Numbered from the stretch's first letter, positions 11,694 to 25,590 are shown. The stretch is DNA of 60,000 bases from Mobula hypostoma (GCF_963921235.1 NC_086097.1:196108001-196168000), one strand, 5' to 3'. Notes: generated from the letters alone by a model not told the origin. Made by a program: numbers and translations.

Positions 11694-13825
11694 TTCCACA
11701 TATTGACTGGTACTCCCATACTGTAACAAGGCTGGATGGGAAAGAGTTTGTCAAATCTGTTCAGGAAAGTTTCTTACTCAGTACATAGAAATCCCAAACA
11801 GAGAGTATGCAATACTAGTTCTCCTATTAGGGAATGAGACAGGGCAGGCGACAGAAGTTTGTGTAGAACACTTTTCACCCAGTGATCATAATCCTATTAG
11901 TCATAGTCATACTTTATTGATCCCAGGGGGAAAATGGTTAAAGTTTCAAGGCAATTATGGAAAAGAATTGATCTGGTCCTCAGACTGAGTTTCTAAATGG
12001 GGGAAAGGTAAGTGTGGATTGGGACAGGTTTTTTTTCTAGCAAAGGTGTACTTGGGAAGTAGGATGCCTTCAAAAGTGAAATTCTAGGAGTACAGAGATT
12101 ATATATTTCTGTCAGAATAAAAGGCAAGGATAACAAGTTTAGAGAACCTTGGTTTTTGAGAGATATTGAGGCCCTTGTTAAGGAAAAGAAGGAGGTGCAC
12201 AGCAGGTATAGGCAGGTAAGAACAAATGAGGTAGTTGAGGAGTATAAGAAATGCAAGAGAACATTTAAGAAGGAAGGGTAAAAGAAGGCACGAGTTTGCT
12301 CTACTAGACAAGGTGAAGGAGACTCCTAAGGGCTTCTACAGTTATATTAAGGGCAAAAGGACAGCAAGGGACAAAATTTGTTCTCTCGAAGATCAGAGTA
12401 GTAATCTATGCATGAAGCCAAAAGAGACAGGGAGATCTTAAATGGATTTTTTGCATCTGTATTTACTTGGGAGATGGACACAGAATCTGTAGATGTGAGG
12501 AAATGCAGCAGTGAGGTCATGGACCCTATACAGATTAGAGAAGGAGAAGTTTGCTGTCTTGAGGCATATTGGAGTGGATAACTCCCCAGGGCCTGACAAG
12601 ATGTTCCCTCATACTCTGTGGGAGGCTAATGCAGAATTTGCAGGACCATAGCAGAGATATTTAAAACATCCTAAGCCACAGATGAGGTGTCAGAGGATTT
12701 GAGGATAGCTAATGTTGTTCTGTTTTTTAAGAAAGGCTCTAAAAGTAAGCCAGGAGATTATAGGCTGGTGAGCCTGACATCAGTAGTGGGAAAGATTTTG
12801 GAAGGTATTCAAAGGGACTGGACATGCAAGTATTTGGATAGACATTCAAGATGAGGTAGTAAACTGGATTAAACATTGGCTTAATGGGAGAACCGAGAGG
12901 GTGGTATTAGATGGTTTCCTTTCCTCGTGGATGACACCATGTTTGGGGTGTAGTAGACAGCAAGGAAGACTATCAAAGCTTGCAGCGGGATGTGGACAGC
13001 TGAAAAAATGGGCAGAAAAATAGCAGATGGAATTTAATGCAGTCAAGTATGAGGAATTGCGCTTTGGGAGGACCAACCAGGGTAAGTGAGCAGCAGGGCA
13101 CTGAGGAGTGTGGCAGAACTGAGGGATCTGTGAATATAGATCCATAATTCCTTGAAAGTAGCATCACAGGTAAATAGTGTCATAAAGGAAGCATCTAGCA
13201 CATTAGCTTTCATAAATCAATGGATTGAGTACAGGAGTTTGAATGCCATGTTGAAATTGTATAAGACATTGGTGAGGCCTAATTTGGAGTATTATGTGCA
13301 GTTTTGGTCAACTACCTATAGGAAAAATGTAAATAAGATTGAAACACTGTAGAGAAAGTTAACGATGATGTTGATGCTTGAGGACCTGGGTTATGGTGTA
13401 ATGCCCTGGTTAAGATTTTTCTGCTATGCTGTGGGTATTTCATTTTAGCAGTTCTGTAAAAGCTGTGTGTTCTGCTTTTAGCATATTTGGTTTCAGCTAA
13501 AAGATATGGGCTATGATGTTCAATTTAGGAATCTTGCGTCAGCCAATCAGGATGGCAGAATCGGGAGAAAGTTCAAGAGAGCAGAGCAGAGAGGGATTTG
13601 TGATGGACAGCATGGTTTACAGGGTCATATTGGCGGGAGCTGCAGAGAAACAATATATGTCTGCGGTTGATACGATTTGGGCTTCAGCCAAACAGGAATT
13701 TTGTGATGTTCTGATTAAAGAAACCTTGATTTGAGCGAATGCTGTGTGAGTACTGCTCATACACAATTGCTGGTTGGCAGGAAATAACCGATCATACATT
13801 GAAATAACGGATCAAAAGATGGCTG

Positions 13826-16800
13826 TGTTCAGTTCTGGTCACCTCACAACAGGAAGGATGTGGATACTATAGAGAGAGTGCAAGGATGTTGCCTGGATTG
13901 GGGAAAATACCTTATGAGAATAGAAACCATAGAAAAACTACAGCACAGAAAACAGGCCTTTTGGCCCTTCTTGGTTGTGCCGAACCATTTTCTGCCTAGT
14001 CCCACTGACCTGCACACAGACCATATCCCTCCATACACCTCCCATCCATGTATCTGTCCAATTTATTCTTAAACGTTAAAAAAGAACCCGCATTTACCAC
14101 CTCGTCTGGCAGCTCATTCCATACTCCCACCACTCTCTGTGTGAAGAAGCCCCCCGCTAATGTTCCTTTTAAACTTTTCCCCCCTCATCCTTAACCCATG
14201 TCTTGTTTTTCCCCTTGCCTCAGTGGAAAAAGCCTGCTTGCATTCACTCTATCTATACCCATCATAATTTTATATACCTCTATCAAATCTCCCCTCATTC
14301 TTCTACGCTCCAGGGAATAAAGTCCTAACCTATTCAACCTTTCTCTGTAACTGAGTTTCTCAAGTCCTGGCAACATCCTTGTAAACCTTCTCTGCACTCT
14401 TTCAACCTTATTTATATCCTTCCTGTAATTTGGTGACCAAAACTAAACACAATACTCCAGATTCAGCCTCACCAATGTCTTATACAACCTCACCATAACA
14501 TTCCAGCTCTTATACTCAATACTTTGATTAATAAAGGCCAATGTACCAAAAGCTCCCTTTACGACCCTATCTACCTGTGACGCCACTTTTAGGGAATTTC
14601 GTATCTGTATTCCCAAATCCCTCTGTTCTACTGCACTTCTCAGTGCCTTACCATTAACCCTGTATGTTCTACCTTGGTTTGTCCTTCCAACGTGCGATAC
14701 CTCACACTTGTCAGTATTAAACTCCATCTGCCATTTTTCAGCCCATTTTTCCAGCTGGTCCAAGTCCCTCTGCAGGCTCTGAAAACTTTCCTCACTGTCT
14801 ACTACACCTCCAATCTTTGTATCATCAGCAAATTTGCTGATCCAATTTACCACATTATCATCCAGATCATTAATATAGATGACAAATAACAAAGGACCCA
14901 GCACTGATCCCTGTGGCACACCACTAGTCACAGGCCTCCACTTGGAGAAGCAATTCTCTACTACCACTCTTTGTCTTCTTCCATTGAGCCAATGTCTAAT
15001 CCAATTTACCACCTCTCCATGTATACCTAGCGACTGAATTTTCCTAACTAACCTCCCATGCGGGACCTTGTCAAAGGCCTTACTGAAGTTCATGTAGACA
15101 ATATCCACTGCCTTCCCTTCATCCACTTTCCTGGTAACCTCCTCAAAAAACTCCAATAGATTGGTCAAACATGACCTACCACGCACAAAGCCATGTTGAC
15201 TCTCCCTAATAAGTCCCTGTCTATCCAAATGCTTGTAGATTCTGTCTCTTAGTACTTCCTCCGATAACTTACCTACTACCGATGTTAAACTTACCAGCCT
15301 ATATTTTCCCGGATTACTTTTTGATCCTTTTTTAAACAACGGAACAACATGAGCCACTCTCCAATCCTCCGGCACCTCACCTGTAGACAGCGACATTTTA
15401 AGTATTTCTACCAGGGCCCCTGCAATTTCAACACTAGTCTCCTTCAAGGTCCGAGGTAACACCCTGTCAGGTCCCAGGGATATATCCACTTTAATTTTCC
15501 TCAAGACAGCAAGCACCTCCTCCTTTTCAATTGGTACAGTTTCCATGATTGCACTACTTGTTTCCCTTAATTCCATAGACTTCATGCCAGTTTCCTTAGT
15601 AAATACAGACGCAAAAAACCTATTTAAGATCTCCCCTATTTCCTTTGGTTCCGCACACAGCCGACCACTCTGATCTTCAGGAGGACCAATTTTATCCTTT
15701 ACAATCCCTTTGCTCTCAATATACCTGTAAAAGCTCTTTGGATTATCCTTCACTTTGACTGCCAAGGCAACCTCACATCTTCTTTTAGCCTTCCTGATTT
15801 CTTAAGTATTTTCTTGCACTTCTTATATTCCTCAAGCACCTTATTTACTCCCTGTTTCCTATACATGTCATACAACTCCCTCTTCTTCTTTATTAGAGTT
15901 GCAATATCCCTTGAGAACCAAGGTTCCTTATTCCTATTCACTTTGCCTTTAATCCTGACAGAAACATACAAACTCTGCACTCTCAAGATTTCTCCTTTGA
16001 AGGCTTCCCACCTACCAATCACCTACCTGTCCCAATCCACGCTTTTTAGATCCTTTCTCATTTCTTCAAATTTGGCCTTCTTCCAGTTCAGAACCTCAAC
16101 CCTAGGGCCAGATCTATCCTTGTCCATGATCAAGTTGAAACGAATGGTATTATGATCACTGGAACCAAAGTTCTCCCCTACACAGATTTCCGTCACCTGT
16201 CCTAACTCGTTTCCTAACAGGAGATCCGATATTGCATCCCCTCTAGTTGGTCCCTCTATATATTGATTTAGAAAACTTTCCTGAACACATTTTACAAACT
16301 CTAAACCATCTAGACGCCTAACAGTATGGGAGTCCCAATCAATATATGGAAAATTAAAATCCCCTACCATCACAACTTTATATTTCCTGCAGTTGCCTGC
16401 TATCTCTCTGCAGATTTGCTCTTCCAATTCTCATTGACTATTGGTTGGTCTGTAATACAATCCCACTAATAGGTTGAGTGAACTTGGCCTTTTCTTCTTG
16501 GAGCAACGATGAAAGGTGACCTGATAGAGGTGTATAACATGATGAGAGACATTGATTGTGCGGATAGCCAGAGGCTTTTTCCCAGGGCTGAAATAGCTAA
16601 CACAAGGGGGTATAGCTTTAAAGTGCTTGGAAGTAGATACAAGGGGGATGTCAGATGTAAGTTTTTTCACACAGAGAGTGGTGGGTGCATGGAATGCACT
16701 GCCAGCGACGGTGGTAGAGGCAGATACAATAGGATCTTTTAAGAAACTCTTAGATAGGTACATGGAGCTTAGAAAAATAGAGGGCTATGTGATGGGAAAA

Positions 16801-16887
16801 ATCTAGGCAGTTTCTAGAGTAGGTTACATGGTCGGCACAACATTGTGGGCCGAAGGGCCTGTAATGTGCTGTAGATTTCTATGTTCT
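13826..16887 (+). mobile_element. CR1 3' fragment (13826-13923 plus 16468-16887) inside the LTR
   Basis: VQFWSPH...LGLFFLE..MKGDLIEVY remnants, ttctatgttctatg tail, ATGGCTG duplicated at 13819-13825 and 16888-16894. Confidence 0.85.
13924..16467 (-). mobile_element. Young 5'-truncated CR1 with largely intact RT (innermost nested element)
   Basis: ORFs 16023-16427, 15750-16022, 14443-15765 (440 aa; [21 protein letters not shown]) and 14191-14397; AATAG duplicated at 13919-13923 and 16468-16472. Confidence 0.95.
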
Positions 16888-18649
16888 ATGGCTGAGGCTG
16901 CTGTAGGAAGGAGCATTCCTGTTGCACAAAGTGCTTTGTGCAGGTGAATGGGTCCAAGGAAGGAGGTCAATACTCCCGAGAGAGAGCACCCATTTGTTCA
17001 ACGTGCATTTCAAACGACATTAGGGATGTGGTGTGCGCTTTCATGCAGACTGTGGGTCCAACACGTCACTCCAGTATGAGCTCTAAATTTATTTGCACAT
17101 TTGGACTGGGTTAATTGTAATGGGCCCTTTTATTTTTTTCCTTTTTCCGACTAACTATTTGATAAATCTGAAATTTGTAAATATTCTTTTATATTTTTAA
17201 GTGGTGTATGGTCTGTTATTTCTTGCCAACTGACAGTTGTGTATGGGCAGTATTTACACAACATTCACTCAAATCAGGACATCACAACATTCCTGTTTGG
17301 CTGAAGCCCAAATCATATCAACCGTGGATGTATATTGCTTATGAAAGGTGGCTTTCTCACTGCTGAGTCACATGGCTGTTAGTGAGGCTGCCAATCACCC
17401 AAGTTTCCATACGAGCCCAGGTGGATAGTTAAAGGTTGAATAGGTTAGGAACTTATTCCCTGGAACGCAGAAGACTGAGAGGAGAGGTTTGATAGAGGTA
17501 TACAAAATTATGAGGGGTATGGACAGGGTAAATGCAAGCAGGCTTTTTCCACTGAGGTTGGGTGAGGCTACAACGAGAGGTCATGGGTTAAGGGTGAAGG
17601 GTGAAAGGTGAAATGTTTGAGAGGAACATGAGGGGAACTTCTTCACTCAGAGGTTGATGGGAGTGTGGAGTGAGCTGCTAGTGCAAGCGGTGAACGTGGG
17701 TTCAATTTCAACATTTAAGAGAAATTTGGATAGCTACCTGGAAGGGATAGGCAGGGAGGGGTATGGTCCAAGTGAAGGTTGATGGGACTAGGCAGATTAA
17801 TGGTTCAGCACAGGTTAGATGGGCTGAAGGGCTTGTTTCTATACTGTAGTGTTCTTTGACTATTCTATGACTCTATATTTGTAGCCAGAGTATTTAAGCA
17901 GTAAAACCATGCAAAAGGCTCTGATTCTTTTCTATGACTGACTCTATGGTTGCTTCATGTATACCACAACTTTATCGCTTCAGTCAAGTTCACTTATTTT
18001 CCATCCTGACCTCCTCACCAATGTATATTAATCCCCAGTAGGCACTGGTTTGTAGTGAAGCATCATGCAGAGTGTACAGAGTGAAATGTGGGAAGCAGAG
18101 AGATCACTGGAAGATGTGTTTTATTTATTTGAGGTTAGCTCTAAAACCATTGTGACAAATTATGCCAGAACCACTGCTGCAACACAAGTACAAAGTGCAA
18201 GACCTCTCCAATCAGTGAACATATGCATGCATCGACAAAAACATTATGCAGTGATACTACACCAGTCTGTGTTTTGATGGATCAAGGAAAATGGCAATTC
18301 CAACTTTACAGACTGTTAATCAGATCAGCCCCTAATCAATCAGCCAGTCACAACATATGCAGCCTGTGCAGTGCATGTCAGCACAGTTTGGCACAGAGAC
18401 AGATGGGGATACAGACAGGACATGTTTCCACATGAGAGGCTGTGGAGAAATGAGCATCTGAAATTACTCGGGCTGTAAGCAAATTGAACATGCAAGGACA
18501 CTTGGTATAAATAAAGGTCCATTTCTTTGGTGGGAAACCAGAACAAAATGTCCACAGCTGCATCAAATGCTTTGGTTAGGATCCTGGATCCTTTCAGTAA
18601 GTCTTTAGCATCATTCAAGTTTATACCAGGGCAGTCATAGTTAAGAATC

Positions 18650-19450
18650 ACAATCAGAATCAGGTTTAATATCACTGGCAAATGTCATAAAATTTGTTAA
18701 CTTTGCAACAGCAGTACCATCCAATATATAATAATTGAGAGTGAAAAGACTGAATTACAGTAAATACATATACTGTATATAATAGTTAAATTTAAAAAGT
18801 AGTGCAAAAATATATAAAAAAGTAGTGAGGTATGTCCATCGGTTCAATGTCCATTCAGAAATTAGATGGCAGAGGGGAAGAAGCTGTTCCTGAATCCTCC
18901 TTCCCATTGGTAGCAATGAGAAGAGGTCATGTCCTGGGTGTTGGGGGTCCTTAGTGATGGATGTCGCCTTTTCAAGGCACAGCTTCTTGAAGATGTCCAG
19001 GATGCTATGGAGGTCAGTGCCCATGAGAGTTTTACAACTCTCTGCTGCTTACTTTGATCCTGTGCAGTAGCCCTCCTCCCCATGCTAGATGGTGATGCAG
19101 CCAGTTAGAATGTTCTCCACAGTACATCTGTAGAAAATTGCAAGTGCTTTTGGTGACTTACAAAATCTCCTCAAACTCTTAATGAAATATATCCACTGTC
19201 TTGCCTTCTTTATAGCTCCATCAATATGTTGGGTCCAGGTTAGGTCCTTGGAGATATTGACACCCAGGAACTTGAAATTGATCATTCTCTCCACTTCTGA
19301 TTCCTCTGAGGACTGGTGCGTGTTCCCTTGTCTTACCCTTTCTGAAACTTACAATCAGTTCTTTGGTCTTACTGGCATTGAGTACAAGGTTGTTGATGCA
19401 ACACCACTCAACTAGCTGTTATTTCTCGCTTCTGTACGCCCTCTCGTCAT
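18650..19450 (-). mobile_element. Rex1/Babar-type LINE 3' fragment
   Basis: ORF 19085-19294 FKFLGVNISKDLTWTQHID..IKKARQ; (tctgat)n tail, seen as cagaatcagg on the + strand. Confidence 0.85.
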
Positions 19451-19480
19451 TACTGTATCTGTATGCCTTCTCATCCGTCT

Positions 19481-19712
19481 TGTGTGGGCATGTGGCCAAG
19501 TGGTTAAGGCATTGGACTAGCTACCTGAAGGTCGTGAATTCGAGGAATATGTTGTGTCCTTGAGCAAGGCACTTAATCACATATTGCTCTGCGACAACAC
19601 TGGTGCCAAGCTGTATGGGTCCCAATGTGCTTCCCTTAGACAACATTGGTGTCATGGAGAGTGAAGAATTTCCAGGCGCAGATCCATGATCTCGCAAGAC
19701 TAACGGATACCT
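19481..19712 (+). mobile_element. tRNA-derived SINE, internally deleted copy
   Basis: A box TGGCCAAGTGG and B-box-like gaattcgag; flanking duplication ttctcatccgtct / ttctcatccattt; colinear with 37820-38135. Confidence 0.8.
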
Positions 19713-22010
19713 TTCTCATCCATTTTATGTCAGCATCAGTGGAAGTTGGTGTTGTGAAGAATTATGACATTATACGTGAATCAGACAGCGAGAAATGGTC
19801 AGAGTTTTAAACCAGAATTGCCCATGGAAATATTCAGTCTGGTTTTGCACCTGGAAATATTTGGAAGGTCAATCTACTCGGCAAAATTCAATTTTGTGCA
19901 ACAAGCACTGATCCAGTTTTTAGGCGTAAGTTCTAGATCATCAACTCAACTATTGTGTTTGCTATATGTTGATTAGAAAAGTACTCTTTAATATATATGT
20001 ATCTTATAATACATAGAAATTAGATTTTCATTGTGCTCACCATTGATGTGTTTCCTGAATTAATTTGCTGCCTCCCCTGGTGCTTCCCCAGCAACATGAA
20101 GAGGCAAACCATGAGGACTGATCTAGGTATTGTAATTAATATTTTGGGAATGAGAGGAAAAAAAGAGCACTACAATGATTCATCTTAGCACCGATCCCAT
20201 TAGCACTCTCGTTCCTGGGAGCATATCCTAAACACTAGGTAAGCACAAGTGTAATTATCAGCTAGATATATTAATTCATTAAATGTCAGATATTGCTCAT
20301 TTTTTAATGTAGTTTCCTAACCTACCAATTTCATGCCTCTTACTTTCTTGGTTTATCTTATACATGATTTCACCTGAAAATGTTTGGAAGGATGATCCCA
20401 TTTTCAGATTGAACTAAATCATGTAATTTTTTTCTCCAAAACTCATCAATTAATTTATTCTCTCATTGGCTCCTCAACATACTGATCTCAAAAATCATCT
20501 TTAATAAGTCCACAAATTCACCCTTCACTCTCCTGCTGCTCATTCATGGCCTGGTCTAAATGTAAATTAAAATATTCATCATTATTATATTAATACAATA
20601 TAGTGCAGCTCTAGTTTTCAGGTAATGCCCTGCATTACCACTATTGGGAGTCTCCATACAACTCTTACCAATGCTTTCTGCCATTGTCCTTACTTACCTT
20701 CACTCAAACTGATTCATTTTTTTTTTGATTTTCTGAACCAAGCTCCGTCCTTTCTATTTCCCAGAATGGTGTGGTAGCTCCCAAATCTCTTAGTAAGTCC
20801 CACACGCAGGGTATTGAAATATGAGCCATCTCTCAGTATGCAGGGTACGAAAATCAAAAATTTGCAGTTGATGGAAAGCTGAAAAAGATGGAATCTGCTG
20901 GAAGCATTCAGAAAGTTGGGCAGCATTCGTGGAAACAGAAACAGTTAATGTTTTAGGTTGAAGACACTCCATCAAATTCATTTCCTCCCATGTCTGACCC
21001 ACAGTACTTTGTTTTTATTTACATACTGTTTATTCTTAATTATTCAATTTCCAGATGATAAGCATTCTCTTTCCTATTTCCCAAAGAATTAATTAATAAA
21101 TTTGAATACAATGCAAACCTACTTCCCTCAATACAGGGTGCTGTACTTTTTCACTGTCTTTACTGCAACATGGATCTCTCTCCTGGTCCCTTACCTGTCT
21201 GTGGCTTGTTATTGCTATAGCTGTTTATAAACTCCCTTTTCTCAGTGCACTGTTGGTAATAATCCCAATTGTCAGTGCTCAATTGCATATGAACACCAGA
21301 GATCCTGTCAACTATATCATGGACAGAAAATGAGGCCAATTTACCATAATGTCCATGGAAACAAAAATCAATTATTGTATCTTGATCAATTTAATTCCCA
21401 GCACCTGATACACAGCCTGAAACTTACAGCTCTTTGAGTGCTAATCAGGTATATTTAAAGTTCTAAGTATTGCTGCTGCCATACCCTTTAGGGCAGTAAA
21501 TTTGTCTCCCAACACTTGATGTAGTATTAAAAGATTTCCTACAATCCTCTCTAATTCTCCTACTTATTAACATAACTCATAGAGCAGAAACAGGCCCTTT
21601 GGTCCACTCTGTCCATTGCTGCCTATTTACTCATCTACACTAATCTCATTTAACCATCTTAGGTCTGGAGCCATGGTGATTCAAGCACTTTTCTACATGT
21701 TTCTCAAATATCTCCTCCACTATTTCAGACAGTATATTCCAGACTCCATACTCTGTGTGAAAAGAATTCCCTCAAATCCCTTCTAAACCTCCTACCTCTC
21801 ACCTTAAAATTATGCCATCTGTTCTTAGATATTACCATAATGGGGGGATAAACCTTATCTATACAATGCATCACCCTCATAATGTTGTATATCTCTTATA
21901 TGGTCACTCCTCACCCGCCACTATTCTGGAGTCTATCTAGCCTCTCCTTTTAATTCTAATGCTGGAACCTCCTGTGTAGCACAATATCATTACTCCTATT
22001 ATTCCTATAT

Positions 22011-23257
22011 CTTATTGATTTTTTTGATGAGGTTACTAAGAAAGTTGACAGGGGTAAAGTGATGGATGTTGTCTATATGGACTTCAGTAAGGCCTTTGAC
22101 AAGGTTCCACACGGAAGGTTAGTTAGGAAGGTTCAATCGTTACGTATCAATATCAAAGTAGTAAAATGGATTCAGCAGTGGCTAGATGGGAGATGCCAGA
22201 GAGTAGTGGTGGATAACTGTGTGTCAGATTGGAGGACGGTGTGTAGCGGTGTGCCTCAGGGATCTGTACTGGGTCCAATGTTGTTTGTCATATATATTAA
22301 TGATCTGGATGATGGGGTGGTAAATTGGATTAGTAAGTATGCAGATGATACTAAGATAGGTGGCGTTGTGGATAATGAAGTAGGTTTTCAAAGCTTGCAG
22401 AGAGATTTAGGCCAGTTAGAAGAGTGGGCTGAAAGAAAGCAGATGGAGTTTAATGCTGAAAAATGTGAGGTGTTACATTTTGGTAAGACTAATCAAAATA
22501 GGACATACATGGTAAATGGTAGGGCATTGAAGAATGCAGTAGAACAGAGGGATCCAGGAATAATGGTGCACAGTTCCCTGAAGGTGGAATCTCATGTGGA
22601 TAGGGTGGTGAAGAAAGCTTTTGGTATGCTGGCCTTTATTAATCAGAGCACTGAGTATAGGAGTTGGGATGTAATGCTGAAATTGTGTAAGGCATTGGTG
22701 AGGCCAAATTTGAAGTATTGTGTACAGTTTTGGTCATCAAATTATAGGAAAGATGTCAATAAAATTGAGAGAGTACAGAGAAGGTTTACTAAAATGTTGC
22801 CTGGGTTTCATCTCCTAAGTTACAGAGAAAGGTTGAACAAGTTAAGTCTTTATTCTTTGGAGCATAGAAGGTTGAGGGGGGGACTTGATGGAGGTGTTTA
22901 AAATTATGAGGGGGATAGATAGAGTTGACGTGGATAGACTTTTTCCACTGAGAATGGGGGAGATTCAAACAAGAGGACATGAGTTGAGAGTTAAAGGGCA
23001 AAAGTTTACTGGTAACATGAGGGGGAACTTCTTTACTCAGAGAGTGGTAGCTGTGTGGAACGAGCTTCCAGCAGAAGTGGTTGAGGCAGGTTCGATGTTG
23101 TTGTTTAAAGTTAAATTGGATAGATATATGGACAGGAAAGGAATGGAGGGTCATGGGCTGAGTGCAGGTCGGTGGGACTAGGTGAGAGTAAGAGTTCGGC
23201 ACGGACTAGAAGGGTCAAGATAGCCTGTTTCCGTGCTGTAATTGTTATATGGTTATA
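22011..23257 (+). mobile_element. Young CR1 3' 1.25 kb with RT domain
   Basis: ORF 22059-22901 ([26 protein letters not shown]) plus 22885-23181, separated by a frameshift in a G run; ttatatggttata tail. Confidence 0.95.
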
Positions 23258-23636
23258 GTCATAGTCATATCATAGTCATAGTCATACTTTATTGATCCCG
23301 GGGGAATTGGTTTTCGTCACAGTTGCACCATAAATAATAAATAGTAATAGAACCATAAATAGTTAAATAGTAATATGTAAATTATGCCAGTAAATTATGA
23401 AATAAGTCCAGGACCAGCCTATTGGCTCAGGGTGTCTGACCCTCCAAGGGAGGAGTTGTAAAGTTTGATGGCCACAGGCAGGAATGACTTCCTATGACGC
23501 TTTGTGCTGCATCTCGGTGGAATGAGTCTCTGGCTGAATGTACTCCTGTGCCCACCCAGTACATTATGTAATGGATGGGAGACATTAACCAAGATGGCAT
23601 GCAACTTAGACAGCATCCTCTTTTCAGACACCACTG
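23258..23636 (-). mobile_element. Rex1-type LINE 3' end with (ACTATG)n tail
   Basis: ORF 23419-23661 SHPLHNVL...RLIPPRCST.RHRKSFLPVAIKLYN, the Rex1 C-terminus; flanked by duplicated tatatggttata. Confidence 0.85.
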
Positions 23637-25379
23637 TATATATGGTTATATAATGTGCCAACCAGATTTGGCCAGTTGCAGGTGTGACCTCACCAATGTT
23701 CTATAAAGGTAAAACATGATGTTCCAGCTCATATATTCTATGCTCCGGCAAGTAATCATGCGTCTTCTTCACCACCTTATCTATCTATGCTGCGACTTTA
23801 AGGGATGTATGAACTTTTGGACTAAGGTCACTCTGTTTTTCAACTTTTCCAGGGTATCTACCATTGATGTCTTAACTTTGTTTGCCCTCCCAATATATTT
23901 CAACTCACATTGTTCAGGGTTAAGTTCCGTCAATTTTTGGCTTAGCTTTCTAGTCATTCTACACTGTGCAGTACCCTTGAGCAATTTTCTTCCCCATCTA
24001 CAAAAAAAAAACTATTTTCATCCCTCCTGGGTATTTGCAACTCCGTTGAGGAAAAATAGATCTTGAAGTTAATGTTGCCAGTTCCTCTTCTACAATTGTC
24101 CAGCAGCGGACTACATGGTGGCAGAGCAGTGAGGAGCAAGGCATTCAAGTCCAATCCATTGCCCACAAAGAAGAGCAGGGTCAAGTTCAGTAGCAGTAAG
24201 AAGATGATAATGAAAGATGTTACTGAGAAGAAAGTGGCCAACAATGTAGTGGGCAGTGGATGCCAAATTACAGGCATAAATGAAGATGATGTGTCATAAT
24301 TATATATTAGCTGTTGTACGTTCTCTGAATGTTTCTTCTGAAATATGTGAACCTTGTTTCTGTAAAGTTTTCATATGGAATACTCAGAAAATTGACAACA
24401 CAGACCAGCATATACTATGGAAAGCTGAAGCGTCAAAATGTTCTCAATGCTGTGTAAATCACCAATTGTACTAACCATGGAAATCTGAACATAGTGTTTG
24501 TATATGCAAGTTATACACAAGATTACTGCTAGAAATATTGCAGGTTCAGGCAGAGAGTGCAGTATTGAACTCTTCAACACAAAACAGGGAACAGCATGAA
24601 CTTCCATTTCCCACTGATTGTGGCTTATGTGAAATAAATTATACAACAGGCTTAGATGTTGCACAATATCAAGCATAGTTCTTTCAAATACCTGTATAAT
24701 CAATTTATTTACAAAAGTGAACTTACTGTCCAGAACATTTTAATGTTTAAAAAGTGGAACAAACACATTTTTCTGTTTACTTTTGAACACCACTATTTCA
24801 TATCTGATTTACCAGCATGGAGACATTTTCAAAGGTATGCACTAATTATGGACCTTCCCTTGAACTATATATTGATTTGTAGAATAATGTTGGTGATCTG
24901 CCAGAATCTAGTCAGTTTATCAAAACAACTTTGCAAGCCACAGTGAGCACCGCAATCCTTTAGCTCCACATACTAGCTAAAGTGGTAGTTGGTAGTGAAT
25001 GAGAGGATATGCTGCAATTCTTTGAGAATATACGCTAGGCCTTTGCTTAAAGCAGTCCTCAGAGGTCATTTTAAGAATCACTGATTAAGTTGCTCACTTT
25101 GGGAGCAAACTGATGGAAGTTGCATGCCAAACCCAGTATACATTTTATTTGGTATCAAAGATGGGATCCTTCTACTTTGATTTATCTATAAATGTAGCTT
25201 CCCCCCAGTTCTGAGCAGGATTATTGGGTGTCACTTTTAGACCCATTTGGAACTTGTTTTTGACAGAGTTTGCATTTCACCTTTTTTTTAAATCAGATTA
25301 AACTGCGGCACTTTGTAAATGCAAATGAAGTGGCTGAAAGATTCCTATTTTCACAACTGTACTACGATGTCCCAGATCT

Positions 25380-25590
25380 TATTGATATACAGCTTGGAAT
25401 AGGCCATTCCAGTCCTTTGAGCCATGACACCCAGTAAGCCTTGACTTAACCCCAGTCTAATCATGGGACAATTTACAATGACCAATTAACCTACCAACCA
25501 GTATGTCTTTGGACTGTGGGAGGAAACCCACATGGTCACGGGAAGAACGTACAAACTCCTTACAGGCAGCTGTGGGAATTTTGTGATACT
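25380..25590 (-). mobile_element. V-SINE fragment
   Basis: tctttggactgtgggaggaaaccc...gtacaaactccttacag. Confidence 0.75.

Larger units (their letters stand above)
13398..17429 (+). mobile_element. Solo LTR (about 0.96 kb; 13398-13825 plus 16895-17429) split by two nested CR1s
   Basis: Starts TGTAATG, is non-coding, interrupts the host CR1 at ttatgg|...|aggttgaatagg, and is similar to the 4223-4738 copy. The terminal CA is not intact. Confidence 0.6.
9400..17880 (+). mobile_element. Near full-length degenerate CR1 LINE (ORF1 esterase-like, ORF2 APE endonuclease and RT) hosting nested insertions
   Basis: ORF1 remnants CIQLQLLTDHVKE and AVVIGDSLVRGTERRFCG; endonuclease remnants YDIVA.ETWL and YYRPPN (10432-10761); RT remnants to 13397; the element resumes at about 17430 (aggttgaatagg) and ends in a (ctatga)-like tail near 17870. 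Confidence 0.88.
21580..23950 (-). mobile_element. Old CR1 3' fragment split by a younger CR1 and a Rex1 tail
   Basis: Reverse CR1 3' UTR (catagagcagaaacaggccc) at 21580-22010 continues after 23650 (ggtgtgacctcaccaatgttctataaagg). Confidence 0.65.

Noticed and set aside
14443..15765. 440-aa RT ORF as a functional or domesticated gene
   Set aside because: 5'-truncated CR1 ORF2 with frameshifts and stops on both sides; an ordinary young LINE copy.
23954..24299. Overlapping short ORFs with a hydrophobic stretch, considered as the COLEC12 transmembrane exon
   Set aside because: The hydrophobic frame is on the wrong strand, has no similarity to the expected exon 3 peptide, and lacks convincing splice sites.
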